A DNA stretch of 64,000 nucleotides, from assembly GCA_965223265.1 (NCBI GenBank), contig OZ244999.1, positions 576,001 to 640,000 on the forward strand. Direction: 5' to 3'. Made by a program: the position numbers and the translations under genes. Shown here in pieces: positions 50,536-62,600 of this stretch. The notes beneath the pieces are model-generated. The model made no database searches. It was not told where the DNA came from and worked only from the letters and a program-made list of their open reading frames with translations. Position 1 is the first letter of the stretch; every line of letters starts with the position of its first letter. This DNA comes from Planctomycetota bacterium. GTDB lineage: Bacteria > Planctomycetota > UBA8108 > SXIK01.

Positions 50536-53500
50536 GATGTTGATCCTGCGCCTGAGACGATGCGCACAGACAGTTGGCGTCGTGTCGAAGCTGCTGCACG
50601 GCCACTTCTGTGCGGTTGTGGCGGCGATGGTCTCTTCTTGGTCGATCGTCGGCGCCAACGCCGCAGACGCCGAAAGAGGGTTTACGATGGCGTCGGGATT
50701 TCAGATCGAGCAGATCGCCACGACCGATCTGGCATTCGACATTCAAGCCTTGACGCTCGACGCAGAGGGACGTGTCGTCGTTTCTGGGCCCGGTTACATC
50801 CGAGTCCTTATGGACCGCGACGACGACGGACTCTTGGATCACGCGCGCGAGATCTACAGCGGCCCGGCGCGCGGAGCGATGGGACTGCTTGCGGACGGTC
50901 GCGGCATCTACTTCGTCGGTGGCGAAGGACTCCATCGCTTGGACGATCACGACGGGGATGGTTTTGCCGACGGCGAACCGACGCTGCTTCTGCCGATCAG
51001 CGCGACCGGAGAGCACGATGCTCATGGCGTCAGGCGCGGCGCGGACGGATTTCTTTATCTGATCGTTGGCAACAGCATTTCAGGGCATGCGGCGCGTGTT
51101 CAAGGTGCCGTGTCGCCGGTTTTGGATCCCTATGCTGGAACGTTGTTGCGGCTGGGGCCAGGCGGGAGCTCCTTCGAGGTTCTCGCGCATGGCCTCCGCA
51201 ACACCTACGACTTCGATTTCGATGCGTTCGGCGAGGTCATTGCGTGGGACTCGGACGGCGAACGCGATGAAGGCTTGCCCTGGTATCGCGGCGCACGTTT
51301 CTATCATCTCACTGCTGGTGCCGACGCGGGCTGGCGGTCTTCGGGATCCGGAAAGCTGCCGCCGCACGCCTGGGACACCGCGGCTCCGGCCGGCGACGTG
51401 GGGCGCGCATCGCCGACAGGTGTCGTCGTCTATCGACACGATCGGTTTCCGCCGCGTTATCGCGGTGGCGTCTTCGCCCTCGACTGGACGTTCGGCCGCG
51501 TGCTGTTTGCGCCACTCAAGGCGCGAGACGGAACGTACGACACGCCGTGGGAGGGCTTCGTGCAGGGCGATGGCGACGTACCCTTCGCGCCGACCGATAT
51601 CGATGTCTCTCCGGACGGGGCATTGATCGTTGCCAGCGGTGGGCGCGGGCTCCCTGGAGGTGTCTTTCGCATCGCTGCGACGAGTTCGCCGCGTGTGGAT
51701 CAGCGTCCGGACGGTCGCCACGCAGCGGCAGGTGCCGCGGAAGATCGCGACGCCGCGCTCGCCCGGGTTCTGCGCGCACCGATGCCGCTCAGCGCATGGT
51801 CGCGCGCGCGGTGGGTGTCGGCCGCCAAAGTGCTGCGGAGCCAGATGTTTCTTAGTGCTCTCGCGTCTCCGCAGTGGACGCCCGCCGAGCGCGTCCGAGC
51901 GCTTGACGCGATCGTCGAGATCGCACCGGGCTCGGCGCCGCAAGCCTTGGCGCGCGTGGTCTCCCTCGGCGACAAGGCCCCGCCGCGACTTGCTGCGCGG
52001 GCCGCGTGGTGGGCCGGTCGGCTCTCCGACACGTCGACGATCCTCGCGTTTCTCGGGCGCGACGATCCGTGGATTGCGCGCACGAGCGTTGAAGCTGCGA
52101 TCTCGGCGCTGGCCACGAACGAGCGTGCTGCATTGGTCCGCAGTGTTTTCCGTCACGCGAGCGCATCCTCGCGTCGCGTGCGTCAGGGCGTGGCGGCGTT
52201 TTTGGCCCATCTGCGGAGCGAGGAGGTGCCGCCTGCGGTCACGACGCGCGAGCGACTGGTGCGCGGGCTCGCCTCGGTGCTTCGCAGCCCGTGGGGAAAG
52301 CTTTCTGCGGCGGCCGTTCATGACGCCCACGCCGTACTCATTTCCAGTGACCTGTCGTCGCTTGCGGTCGAGCCGCGAGGAAGAGTCATGGGGCGCGCTG
52401 CAGCCGATCGTGAGGCGCGACTCGACGCTCTTCGTCTCATCGAGATGGCTTTCGAGCGACTGCAGCCGAAGCGCGACGCCCGCGCTGCTTTTTACGAAGC
52501 TTGGGATGCCGTCCAGCTTGGGCCCTATGCAGACGTCATCAACAGTCTCGACGCGGAGCGCATCGTTCGGCTCGTTAGCTCAAAAGACGCCGCGCTGTCG
52601 CGTCAGGCAGCACGGCTCGTCGCGCTTCTCGGTCTTGGCGGCGAGGATGGTTTCGCAGCGGTGATGGATCGCCTCGGGCTCTCGACACCACCGGGCGAGG
52701 ACATTCTGACGCTATCGTATCTCGCGTGGTCTCCGGAGCTCACGGACGCCGCCGCGGTCGAGCGTCTGACCGACGCTTTTCTTGGCCTCTCATGGAAGGT
52801 GCAGTCGGGGCGCGTCGCTCGCGACCAGCGTTGGCATCGCTTCCTACAGATTGTCGCGACGCGCCTCTTCTCTCGCCGCCCACAAGTTGCGACAGCGCTC
52901 GTCGCAGACGGGCGGTTCGGTTCTCCGGATGACATCTCACTGACGCTGGCGATGGACGAAGCCGGACAGCAGCAAGCGTTGGCGAAGATCTTGGCACGAC
53001 CGTTCCCGACGGCGGCGGACGATCGTCGCCGCGTCGTCATGCTGCTCGCGCGGTTTCCGACTCTTTCGCGCGACGCGCTTCACGCGCTAGTCGACGACGA
53101 GGCCCTCATAACGACCGTTCTGGATGCCTTGGCGAGCGCACCGACCGTGCGCGAGGCGGACGTCTTCCGCCGTGTGCTCGAGGAAGGAGACCGCAACGTC
53201 GTCGGGGCGGCGGCGCGCGGACTGGCGCAGCTGGCGGTACCGGCCCCCGCGAGCGAGGCGTTCGAGGTCGAGTTGTTGGCGCTCCTGCGTTGGGCGTACG
53301 TGCTCGACGCGGACACGACGCAGATTGGAGCGCGCGATGCCGTCGCTGTCCGCATCCAACAACTCGCCTCTGTGCTGAGCACCCAGAGCCCTGAAGTAAC
53401 TGTGGGGGCGCAGTATGAGCCTGAAGCTAAGACGACGCAGCGGGCTGCGATCGACGCTTGGCGGCAGCTCTTCGAGCTCGCCATCCCTGAGCTCAAAGCT

Positions 53501-54028
53501 GAGCTTGAGGCCATCGTCGCCGAGCTGAAGTCGGATGAGGAGCGTGTACGCCGGATCGTCCAGGAGGCGCAGTGGGAGTCCGGCGACGCGGCGCGCGGTG
53601 CGGCGGTGTTCGAGCGTCTCAGCTGCCACAGTTGCCACCACGTCGGTGGCCGCGGCGTCAAGGTGGGCCCGGACCTCGCCGGCATCGGGTCTCGTTTTGG
53701 CCCCGGGGAGATCGTTCTCGCGATCGGCCTTCCGAACCGTGACGTGCCCGATCGTTACCGCGCCGAAACGATCGTTTTGCGCAGCGGCGAGACACTCGCA
53801 GGTCTTGCCGTCTACGATTCACGGCAGGCGGTTCTTCTGCGTACAAGAAGCGGCGACTTTCGTCGCGTTGCTACTGAGGACATGGCACTCCGCGTACGAT
53901 CCGACGCGTCGATCATGCCAACGGGGCTCCTCGAGCGTATGAACTTGGCAGAGATTGTCGACTTGGTGGCGTATTTGCGTGCGGGTTCGTCGCCTCGCGA
54001 CCCCGCCACGGCTGGGTTCGGGCGTTGA
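50528..54028 (+). CDS. PVC-type membrane dehydrogenase-like protein with C-terminal heme c domain
   Basis: Beta-propeller HDAHG/HGLRN/ASPTG; HEAT-like middle; GDAARGAAVF...SCHSCH...GPDL...SIMP. Confidence 0.85.
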   Translation: MTEMLILRLRRCAQTVGVVSKLLHGHFCAVVAAMVSSWSIVGANAADAERGFTMASGFQIEQIATTDLAFDIQALTLDAEGRVVVSGPGYIRVLMDRDDDGLLDHAREIYSGPARGAMGLLADGRGIYFVGGEGLHRLDDHDGDGFADGEPTLLLPISATGEHDAHGVRRGADGFLYLIVGNSISGHAARVQGAVSPVLDPYAGTLLRLGPGGSSFEVLAHGLRNTYDFDFDAFGEVIAWDSDGERDEGLPWYRGARFYHLTAGADAGWRSSGSGKLPPHAWDTAAPAGDVGRASPTGVVVYRHDRFPPRYRGGVFALDWTFGRVLFAPLKARDGTYDTPWEGFVQGDGDVPFAPTDIDVSPDGALIVASGGRGLPGGVFRIAATSSPRVDQRPDGRHAAAGAAEDRDAALARVLRAPMPLSAWSRARWVSAAKVLRSQMFLSALASPQWTPAERVRALDAIVEIAPGSAPQALARVVSLGDKAPPRLAARAAWWAGRLSDTSTILAFLGRDDPWIARTSVEAAISALATNERAALVRSVFRHASASSRRVRQGVAAFLAHLRSEEVPPAVTTRERLVRGLASVLRSPWGKLSAAAVHDAHAVLISSDLSSLAVEPRGRVMGRAAADREARLDALRLIEMAFERLQPKRDARAAFYEAWDAVQLGPYADVINSLDAERIVRLVSSKDAALSRQAARLVALLGLGGEDGFAAVMDRLGLSTPPGEDILTLSYLAWSPELTDAAAVERLTDAFLGLSWKVQSGRVARDQRWHRFLQIVATRLFSRRPQVATALVADGRFGSPDDISLTLAMDEAGQQQALAKILARPFPTAADDRRRVVMLLARFPTLSRDALHALVDDEALITTVLDALASAPTVREADVFRRVLEEGDRNVVGAAARGLAQLAVPAPASEAFEVELLALLRWAYVLDADTTQIGARDAVAVRIQQLASVLSTQSPEVTVGAQYEPEAKTTQRAAIDAWRQLFELAIPELKAELEAIVAELKSDEERVRRIVQEAQWESGDAARGAAVFERLSCHSCHHVGGRGVKVGPDLAGIGSRFGPGEIVLAIGLPNRDVPDRYRAETIVLRSGETLAGLAVYDSRQAVLLRTRSGDFRRVATEDMALRVRSDASIMPTGLLERMNLAEIVDLVAYLRAGSSPRDPATAGFGR

Positions 54029-54594
54029 CGGGAGTTACTGTGGACCTGACACAGATTCTAGCCTCTGCCCAATCGGGCGACTCAGCGGCGCGCGCCGAGG
54101 TTGTCAGGGCCGCCTACGAAGACCTGCGGAAGCTTGCTGCAGCGAGGATGTGGGACGAACGACAGAATCACACCCTGACCGCCACGGCGCTCGTCCACGA
54201 AGTCTCCATCAAGCTTCTCAATGAGACCCAGCTCCCAGTGGCGGGGCGCGCACAGTTCATGGCGTACGTGTCGAAGGCGATGCGTCACCTGCTCATCGAT
54301 CACGCCCGCGGTCGCGGCCGGCAGAAGCGTGGTGGCGACCGAAAAAAGCTCGTCTTTGAAGACGCTCTTGTCGCCAGTGAAGAGCAGAGCGAGGAATTGA
54401 TCGAACTGCATCATGCGCTCGAGCGATTGACTGAGGTCGACCGCCGCAAAGCCGACGTCGTCGAGATGCGATACTTCGGAGGGCTGTCGATCGAGCAGAC
54501 CGCTGCAGCTCTCGAGGTGTCAACCGCGACCGTGAAGCGGGATTGGGAGCTGGCCAAGGCATGGCTTCGACGCGAACTAACGGATAAGTCGTGA
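54025..54594 (+). CDS. ECF sigma factor (TIGR02999-like)
   Basis: YEDLRKLAA, HTLTATALVHE, VVEMRYFGGLS, TVKRDWELAKAWL. Confidence 0.92.
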   Translation: MTGVTVDLTQILASAQSGDSAARAEVVRAAYEDLRKLAAARMWDERQNHTLTATALVHEVSIKLLNETQLPVAGRAQFMAYVSKAMRHLLIDHARGRGRQKRGGDRKKLVFEDALVASEEQSEELIELHHALERLTEVDRRKADVVEMRYFGGLSIEQTAAALEVSTATVKRDWELAKAWLRRELTDKS

Positions 54595-54609
54595 GCGTTG
54601 ACCGGTGTG

Positions 54610-56988
54610 CTACCGGACGCGGTAGAGGTGCCCAGGCTCCGCGTCAACCTCGCGGTCGGCCAAGTCGATCAACTGCAGCCCCGAGCCGGCCACGAGATCC
54701 TTGACGATCCGGGTGACGACGACCTCGCCGGCCTGGCTCGCGGCAACGACATTCGCTGCGACGTCGACCGCGGGTCCTTCGATCGCATCGTCGCTCAGCG
54801 TGATCTCGCCTGTATGAACGCAGAGTCGCGCGCCAGAGACCGACGCGGCAATCGCCTTGGCGCATCGTATCGCCCTTACGGGCCCCTCAAACGTTGAGAC
54901 GTAGACGCCGTGCCTCGAGGTGACTTCGGCGCCGCGATGAGACTTGACTTGATCGCGCACACGATGGAGCGTCGAGTCGCTGGCGGAGGCGTCCGTCCGA
55001 ATTGCGAGCACCGTGGCGAGCACGCGTTCGCGCGTGTCGTGATCCGGGAGAAGCTGCAGAAACTCGCGGATGGCTTGCAGCTCGCCGTCTACGGGATCGC
55101 CGACGAACGGGATGTGGTCCACATAGTCTGACTTGTAGCGAACCGCACCGGGTATGTTCTCCGCTAAGAAACGACTCGCGTCGGGATCGATTAAACAGTC
55201 ACGTGTGCGATTGATCACGAGGGTCGGCGCCTGGATCGATGGCAAGACGCGGGTGATGTCGATCTGGCTGTTCATACGCATCACACTGATGGCGGCACCA
55301 GGATTGGCGCCGAGACGTTCGAACTTTCCCCACCACTCCTGAAATTCAGCGTCGCCTGCCATCGACGGCGCGAACGCGGGCAGACTCGCGCCGGAACCCC
55401 AAGCGCTGCGAATGTAGTCGAAAAGCTGCTCGAGCGCCTCCGGCGTTTCAAACCACGAGGTGAAGCGTGCAAACGAGCCGTGAAGGATGAGCGCATCGCA
55501 TCGCTGTGGATACGTCGCAGCGAAGACGCAGGCGAGCGAGCCGCCTTCGGAGATTCCCAACACCGCGGCTGTCTCGAAGCCGGCAGCGTCCATTACCGCG
55601 CAGACGTCCTCAATGCGCTCTTCCATGTTGGGAAGGTCGGTGACTCGATCCGAAAGGCCGGTTCCTCTCTTGTCGAACATGCCAACGCGCGCGAAACTTC
55701 CGAGCCGCTTCAGCCACGAGGCACACTGCGGGCTGGCCCAGTAGTTGTCGATGTTCGAGATGAACCCTGGCGCGAGAAGTAGATTGATGGGCCCGTCACC
55801 GAACACTTGGTAAGCGATATGGATGTCACCACATCTCGCGTACTGAGTCTTTGGAATGGATTCAGCTGTGGTGGGCGGTGGGCTCAGTGTCGAAGAAGTG
55901 CGCGTCGCTGTGGAATCTTCGATGTCGAGGCTGCCGCGAATGGTCTTCAGTTCCGTCGCCGCCTCCTTTGCTGACGGTCGCTCCGACGCCTCAGCCCGGA
56001 GCATCTTTGCGACGAGCGTTTCGAGTCGGGTGGGGATGCCAGTTGTCTGCTGCGAGACCGGCGGTGGGGACGCAGCCACGACGTTACGCAGAGTCTCGAC
56101 CGACGAAGCTCCCAGAAAGGGGTTCTTTCCGGCGAGCATCTCGTAGAGCATCGTCCCCATGGAGAAGATATCGGTTGAGCACTGGAGTGCTTCCCCAGCG
56201 GACTGTTCGGGTGACATGTATGGAATGGTTCCCGGCACCATCGACGTCCGCGTCAGACTTTGATCCGCCGCGGGCTGCTGCGGTCGCGCCAGCCCGAAGT
56301 CGAGGATCTTTACGTGTCCGTCTGACGACACCATGATGTTCTCGGGTTTGATGTCGCGATGCAGCAACTCTCGTTCGTGAGCTGCGGCAAGCCCGGCAGC
56401 GATTCCGGTCGCGATCTCGACGGACTCTTTGATCGACAAACGATCGTCGATCAGCTTACGTAGCGACCTGCCCTCGATGTACTCCATGACCGCGAGTTGA
56501 AAGTCGTCATGGCTGCCGACGTCGTAGATCTCCATCACGTTTGGATGCGAGAACGCAGCCGCTGAGCGCATCTCGCGATCGAAGCGCTCGCGCATCTCGG
56601 GGTTGCCAGCGTTGGCACGACTCAGAACCTTGATCGCGACATCGCGCCCGAGACGAGAATCGGTGGCGCGGTAGACGCGGCCCATGCCGCCGGCTCCCAC
56701 CGCCTCATGAATCGTGTAACGTTCCATGAGCACGTCGCCGCGCTGGAGGAGACCGCGCTGTAGTGACGCGCCCGATAGGAGCTCGCTTGGCGTCTCGAGG
56801 TCTGATCCTTGACCGCCCGGGAGAAACTCGTCCGACTCGCGTGTCGCGGCGAGGAGCGAAACGACGTCGGAGCGTAGCGCGTCGTCCCCGCCGCAGGCGT
56901 CGTCGAGAAAACGCGCAACTTGATCCTGCGGGAGTGAGATGGCCAGCTCAAGAAGCTCGAGGGCACGCCGAGCGCGATCCGTGCTCAT
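54610..56988 (-). CDS. Ser/Thr kinase - alpha/beta hydrolase - degenerate class III cyclase fusion
   Basis: GAGGMG, HRDIKPEN, DFG; DKRGTGLSDR, GISEGG; RLCVHTGEI...IEGPAV. Confidence 0.88.
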   Translation of the reverse strand: MSTDRARRALELLELAISLPQDQVARFLDDACGGDDALRSDVVSLLAATRESDEFLPGGQGSDLETPSELLSGASLQRGLLQRGDVLMERYTIHEAVGAGGMGRVYRATDSRLGRDVAIKVLSRANAGNPEMRERFDREMRSAAAFSHPNVMEIYDVGSHDDFQLAVMEYIEGRSLRKLIDDRLSIKESVEIATGIAAGLAAAHERELLHRDIKPENIMVSSDGHVKILDFGLARPQQPAADQSLTRTSMVPGTIPYMSPEQSAGEALQCSTDIFSMGTMLYEMLAGKNPFLGASSVETLRNVVAASPPPVSQQTTGIPTRLETLVAKMLRAEASERPSAKEAATELKTIRGSLDIEDSTATRTSSTLSPPPTTAESIPKTQYARCGDIHIAYQVFGDGPINLLLAPGFISNIDNYWASPQCASWLKRLGSFARVGMFDKRGTGLSDRVTDLPNMEERIEDVCAVMDAAGFETAAVLGISEGGSLACVFAATYPQRCDALILHGSFARFTSWFETPEALEQLFDYIRSAWGSGASLPAFAPSMAGDAEFQEWWGKFERLGANPGAAISVMRMNSQIDITRVLPSIQAPTLVINRTRDCLIDPDASRFLAENIPGAVRYKSDYVDHIPFVGDPVDGELQAIREFLQLLPDHDTRERVLATVLAIRTDASASDSTLHRVRDQVKSHRGAEVTSRHGVYVSTFEGPVRAIRCAKAIAASVSGARLCVHTGEITLSDDAIEGPAVDVAANVVAASQAGEVVVTRIVKDLVAGSGLQLIDLADREVDAEPGHLYRVR

Positions 56989-57131
56989 GTTGTCCCAGAA
57001 GGAGTTGTCGAAGTTTTAAAAGACTCAGCTTACAAGACTCTGAAGAGCGGTGCAATCGGTGCACCGCTTGCAAGTCGCGCCTCCTGCTTGAGACGTAATG
57101 GTGACTTCGTTCGAGTGAGAGCGGAGCAACG

Positions 57132-57165
57132 AAAAAGGCCACCCGGCGCGTGACCGGGCGGCCTT
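57132..57165 (-). terminator. Rho-independent terminator
   Basis: GGCCACCCGG/CCGGGCGGCC hairpin with T5 tail on the minus strand. Confidence 0.7.
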
Positions 57166-57189
57166 CGTGAGGTGTGTACGCGCCAGCCG

Positions 57190-58815
57190 TTAGCCGCGGC
57201 AGCCGTCGATCTCGGAGCAACCGACGATCGACACGCACGCCGTCGTGGTGCCCAAGGGATGTCCGCTGTCGCCAAGAAAGAGGTGCAGGAGGCTGGCGAC
57301 TGCGTCTGAAAGATCGATTTGAGCGTCACCATTCCAGTCGAGCAGCGCTACGTCTCCAGCGCCTGGAGTCGCACTCTGGCTGCAAGGGAAGGTCGACGGC
57401 GAACCAAGAAACAGCGTGCCAAGCAGACTGAGTGAGTCGGAGAGATCCACACTGCCGTCTTGGTTGGCATCGCCGGGGAACTGGAAGCCGCCTTCGTCTT
57501 CGGTCGGCTCACCGACGACGACAACGATCTCGGCGCTGGCGCTTTGGCCCATCGAGTCGGTGACGGTGAGCCGGACGACGTGCGTACCTAGTGAGGCGTT
57601 TCGCATCTCGACGATCGGCCCGCTGCCCAGTTCGCCTTCGCGATCTGAGGTCCAGACATACGCGCTTGGCGGGAAGTCATCGTCTTCGCGATCCGAGGCT
57701 GAGCCACTCAGGCGGATCAGGTCGCCTGCGGCAACCTCGAGCTCGCCGCCTTGAAGGATCCAAGCGGACGGCGGCATATCGGCAATCGCAAACGCAGACG
57801 TGGCGACAGCCGTCGTCCGCAGGCCGTCAGAGACCGCGACGCGGAAGCGGCCATCATCCGTGCCGCGCAGCGACTTGACTGGGGCGTCGAGACGGGTTCC
57901 CTCGAGATCCTTCCCGAGGTTCTCCCAGGTGCGACCGCCATCGGCGCTGAACTGAACCCACGCCCGCGTCGGGTCGCGGTCGGCGTCGACGGCGTTCCAC
58001 TCAAGCGTGATCGTTCCGTCCGGCTCATGGGTCTCTCCATCTGCCGAAGTGAGGATCACGACTTCGGGCGGCGACAGGCTGACGTTGCGCCCACCGAGTA
58101 CGCGAATCTCAATCGCGTCGTAGATCTCGATCCTTGCTGCGTTCTTGGGAAAGATAACGAAGGTGTCGATGATTTGTAGCCCGTCGTTTGAAGTTGGATT
58201 TGGCTCCGGTGTGAATCCGCGCCGGGCAAGAAGCGTGCCGCTGGCGTCACGGGCGCGAACCTCAAGCTGGCCGTTCTCCGGTCGCGGCAGAATCATGGTC
58301 GGAATGTCGTGCACCCAGATCGTCTGCAGCTGAAGACCGCCAGAGCCGATCAGGCCGCGGACGAATGCGACGCGGGTCGTACCGTCGGTCTGATCCGGCG
58401 GAGCTCGATCCGCGGCCGAGCGTGGGATCGCCCGCGAGAAACCGCCCTCAAAAAGGTGTCTCCACGTGTAGTCGGAGATCCACGGACGCGTGCCGTACGA
58501 CATGACGTCGTGCGCGAAGGTTTTGTCGATTGCGTCCCAGAGGGGAATCGCTTCTCGAGTGAATGCGTTGAAGCCGGTCGCGCCCAGACGGCCACTCGTG
58601 TACGGGTAGTTCGGATCGGGGTCCGTTGCAGCTGGGCCGGGAGTGTGCTTGCGACCGAGTGCATGCCCGAGCTCGTGCGCTACCTTCACTGGATCAAAGT
58701 TCGACGCCGTGGCGGGAATGCCGACGTCGGCGATCCCCTTGGGCCGCTCGCCGCGATAGGCTTGTAGCCGCGCAAGGAATTCTGAAGAAACGACACGGTC
58801 CTCGTGCGTGCGAGA
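57190..58815 (-). pseudogene. 5'-truncated zinc metalloprotease with Ig/PKD-like and dockerin domains
   Basis: HELGHALGRKH...HDVMSY; GDANQDGSVDLSD dockerin; frame extends ~42 codons upstream of the called GTG with no start or signal peptide. Confidence 0.65.
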
Positions 58816-59009
58816 TCAGCTCGACGAGAGGCTGCGATCGCGCAGGCATAACTCAATCGTTGGAATTGAGTTAGGAGGAAGGGGGGCGGCACTGCACCGG
58901 GTGGCGCGTCAGCGTCCGACCGGAAGCCATGAGTCAGAGCAAGACGGTCGTGAGGGGCGCGACGCCGTGCGGGAATGTTTCCGGCGCACTCCGTTGTCAA
59001 CTCCGAACG

Positions 59010-59370
59010 ACGGCACGCCCTCGCGCACGCCCTCGCGCACGCTTTCGCACACGCTTTCGCACACGCGCACGCCCTCGCTTTCGCACACGCACACGCACAC
59101 GCTTTCGCACACGCACACGCACACGCTTTCGCACACGCACACGCACACGCACACGCCCCGCACTCGGACCGGGAACGGGAACGGCCGATGCCGACAGGGC
59201 CTCACGGCACACAGAGAGGCTGTGAGTCTTTGAGAACGAGCGGTGGCGTCATGGTCGACGGTCACGTGCAGAACGGCACACAGGCGTGTGCCTGCTACGT
59301 TGAAGAGGCGCCCACGTCCACGGTCACGGTCACGGTCACGCCCACGCACGCACGCACGCACGCATACGCC
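59010..59370. repeat. Hexamer-based simple repeats (CGCACA/CGCTTT, GGGAAC, CACGGT, CACG)
   Basis: Visible tandem units at 59010-59160, 59171-59184 and 59319-59368. Confidence 0.85.
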
Positions 59371-59630
59371 TGACGTGCGAACACGATTGTTAGCGAATTC
59401 TTCGCCGTAGCTTAACCAACTTTCGAAAGCACTCGCTCTCTGGCCGGACTGGTGACCGCGTTTCGGTAACGAGGAACTGATTGACGTCGCCGCGGACCGT
59501 AGGATAATTCAGCGGCACGGTTGCCTGGAGTTCGAGAACCTCACGACACCTCAAGGCGTCGTGAGCGGTTGTCTACGATCGCGAGATCGTTTCGGGTAAC
59601 CGGTGTGCGGTGTCAACTTCGAGAGTCACT

Positions 59631-62600
59631 ATGAGTCACAAGATACCTACCACGCACGACAGCCAGAAGGCGTCGGCTTCCATTCGCGCCTTGGCCACCG
59701 ACTGTCTCTGTGTTTTGACGTTCCTTTTGATGTTCAACGCTACAGCGCCGGCCGTCGCCGGCACGTGCAAGGATGGCGACTGCTCGTACTCGTCGTCCGC
59801 TGGTACGATTTCGATCGGCACCCAGGGATCAAAGCTTGACGACATCAACTTGCTCTTCTTCGACGAAGACGGGAACCCACAGCAGGAGCTCGACATAAAG
59901 AACAAGACCGCGGCCAGCTGCACATTCAAGAGCGGCCCCTATTGCGATGGCTCTCCTGGCTCTTGGTTCGGCTCGTGCCTCAACGGCGGCTGCGACACGA
60001 CCGGCGGCGGTAACAGGACTTATACCTTTCGTTCGACACTGGTTGCGACCGACGTGATTCGCGTCACTACAGACTCGCTGCTTGCCTACGCACGGGGAGA
60101 TGATTCAACTGATCTGTCTGTCGGTTGGGATGGGGGCGAAAGAGGGTTCGTCTCCGATGGCGGATTCCAGCCGAGGAGCCAGTCCGACTTCTTCGTCGAG
60201 CAGATCCTCGACGGAACAGACCTTGGAATGGAGCGCCACATCTTTCCCCTGAGCGGTGAGTACAAAGTCGAGCGCTGTTTCACGACGGGAAACTGCGACT
60301 GCAGCAACCAGTGCACCAGCGCCACCCTCCTGGTCTCGTGGCCGACGCCTGGCGGCACGATCGGCTGGGCCGACGGCGCTTCCGACTCTCGTACAGCGTG
60401 CGGCCCGACGGGCGTTGACTCCGTCCTGAGCAGCGAATCTCCGTTCGTGCTGAACTCGTCAGTCGTTGAAGTTTCTTGGGAGTCGTACCGCGACACCTCC
60501 GCCATTGTAGCTGTCGGCGACAACGACGTGGGCAAGTGGTTCGCGATAGCCGGAGCGAGCGAGCTGACTCTCTCGGTAAGCGCCCTCCAGGGCCGGCTCG
60601 CAGAATTCATCGACTCACCGAGCGCTGGAAAAACGGTTCAATTTAGACGGGTTTTCCATGACAGGCTACGCGACGAAACCACGTATTCGAACACCGTGTC
60701 GGTCCAGCTCACCGGAAACGACGACGAGATGCCGACGATTCAGAACAAGAGTCAAGCGGTGTGCTCCTTAGTTGATCTTCAGCTTATGCAGATTGACCTG
60801 CCCGCGCGCTGTACGGGCGGCGCCGGCTCGACCACGTATCAATGGATGAGATTTACCCCACTCGACCCCGTGCCGGAGATCATCAGCGGGGCGGTCTCAA
60901 GCACCTACAAACCGAACAGCCTGCCCGAAGGACTGCCGGTGTTCTTTAACTGCGTCGTTTCCTGCACGATCGGCGGATCGACGTGCGATTTTCTTTCTGA
61001 GACTGCGATGCTCTTCTTCCAACCAGGCGCAGGGCTCGTCTACTATCCCGATTTTGACTTTGATGGCTTCCCAGATCTGAACGGCGAGCCGATCGAGTCA
61101 TGTCTTGGCACTCCGGAGGGCTACGCCCACGAGAGCCTTGAAGCGGACTGCTTCCCCGCTTTGTCGCGCAACTTTCCAGGTCAACGCTGGTACATCGATT
61201 TCGATTTCGACGGGGCTCCCGACGAGGAGAGCGAGATCGTCTCCTGCACGACACCGCCCGATCATCCGTCGGGAAGAGACTATAAACCGCTCGCGGAGTT
61301 CGCGATTCAGGAGTTTGACTGCAACGACCAGGACCCGGCTGTGACTCCGGCGCAGATCTGGTACTTGGACGCCGACGAAGACGGTTATCCAGAAGGCACA
61401 ACGCTCGAGAGGTGTGAGCGCACGGGTGGATACCGACTCGCGAGCGAGCTCGCCAGTACCATTGAGATCGATTGTGACGACGCCGATCCAGAGATCAACC
61501 CGGAAACGGTTTGGGTAGCCGATGCAGACATGGACGGCTACGGCAATGACGCAGCGCCGCTCTCGACCGGATGCGAGCGGCCCCAGAGTGGTTTCTTGTT
61601 GAGCGAACTCCTCGGGTCTGATTGCGACGACACGACCGAAGCCATCACCGCAGCGCAGCCTTGGTACCGCGATCTCGATCTCGATGGATACCCGGCTGCA
61701 GAAGTCGAGGGGGGAGACGTGCCTTGGACCAGCGTTCAGTGCGGTCCGGGCGGCGGTTTTGACTTTCAGCCGGCAGATCTCGTTACGATCGACGAAGTCG
61801 ACTGCGACGACAACATTCGCAGGAGGCGGCCCGATCAGCGCTGGTATCCTGATGCCGATGGTGATGGCCGTGGCGACTCCATGTCAACGGGCTACGTCGC
61901 CTGTCTACCCGTGAACGAGAGCGATGTGGTGAACCATCTCGACTGCGACGACTCAAACAGCGACCCCGAGGCGTGCGCCCCGTTCACAGACCCGGGTAAC
62001 GCGCTCGCTTTTGGTGACAACACCGCGGCGTTGAAAGTGAGAGATTCGTCGCGATTCTTGGTCGTCGCGGACCGAGATTTTTCGATTTCGCTTTGGCTTT
62101 CTGTGCTCCCAGATTCGTTTGAGCAGTTCGTCATGTCGAAAGGTCATCCTTGTCGCGGCGCGGACGTGAACCAGTTCTGGGCACTCACGGTGACGCCATC
62201 AGGAGACGTGCGTTTTCAAATCCAGACTCTCAGCACGAACCACGTCGAAATTCTGAGTCAGACTCCGATCAACGACGGCGGTTGGCATCATGTCGTCGTA
62301 CGCCGGGAAGGTGACGAGTTGACGATATGGCTCGATGGGCAACTCGACGCAGTCGTGATCTCCTCGCTGGTTCACAGCGTAGAGGTGACCGAGCCGGTTC
62401 GCTTTGGTGCGCCCGCACTGGACGCAGGCGACGCCCCATCAGATTCCTGTGGCTCTGGGTTCTCCGGCAGTCTCGACGAGGTCAGCTTTTGGGGAATCGC
62501 GCTACGTGAAATCTCGATTCAGCTTGAAGATTTTCACACGCTGCGCACCGGCGAGCCGGGCGCGGTTGCCTACTGGCAATTCAATGAGAGTCCTCAAGAG

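Noticed and set aside
58808-59373. HAHAHA / RTRTRT / VCVCVC ORFs
   Set aside because: Products of simple hexamer repeats open in several frames; no coding support.
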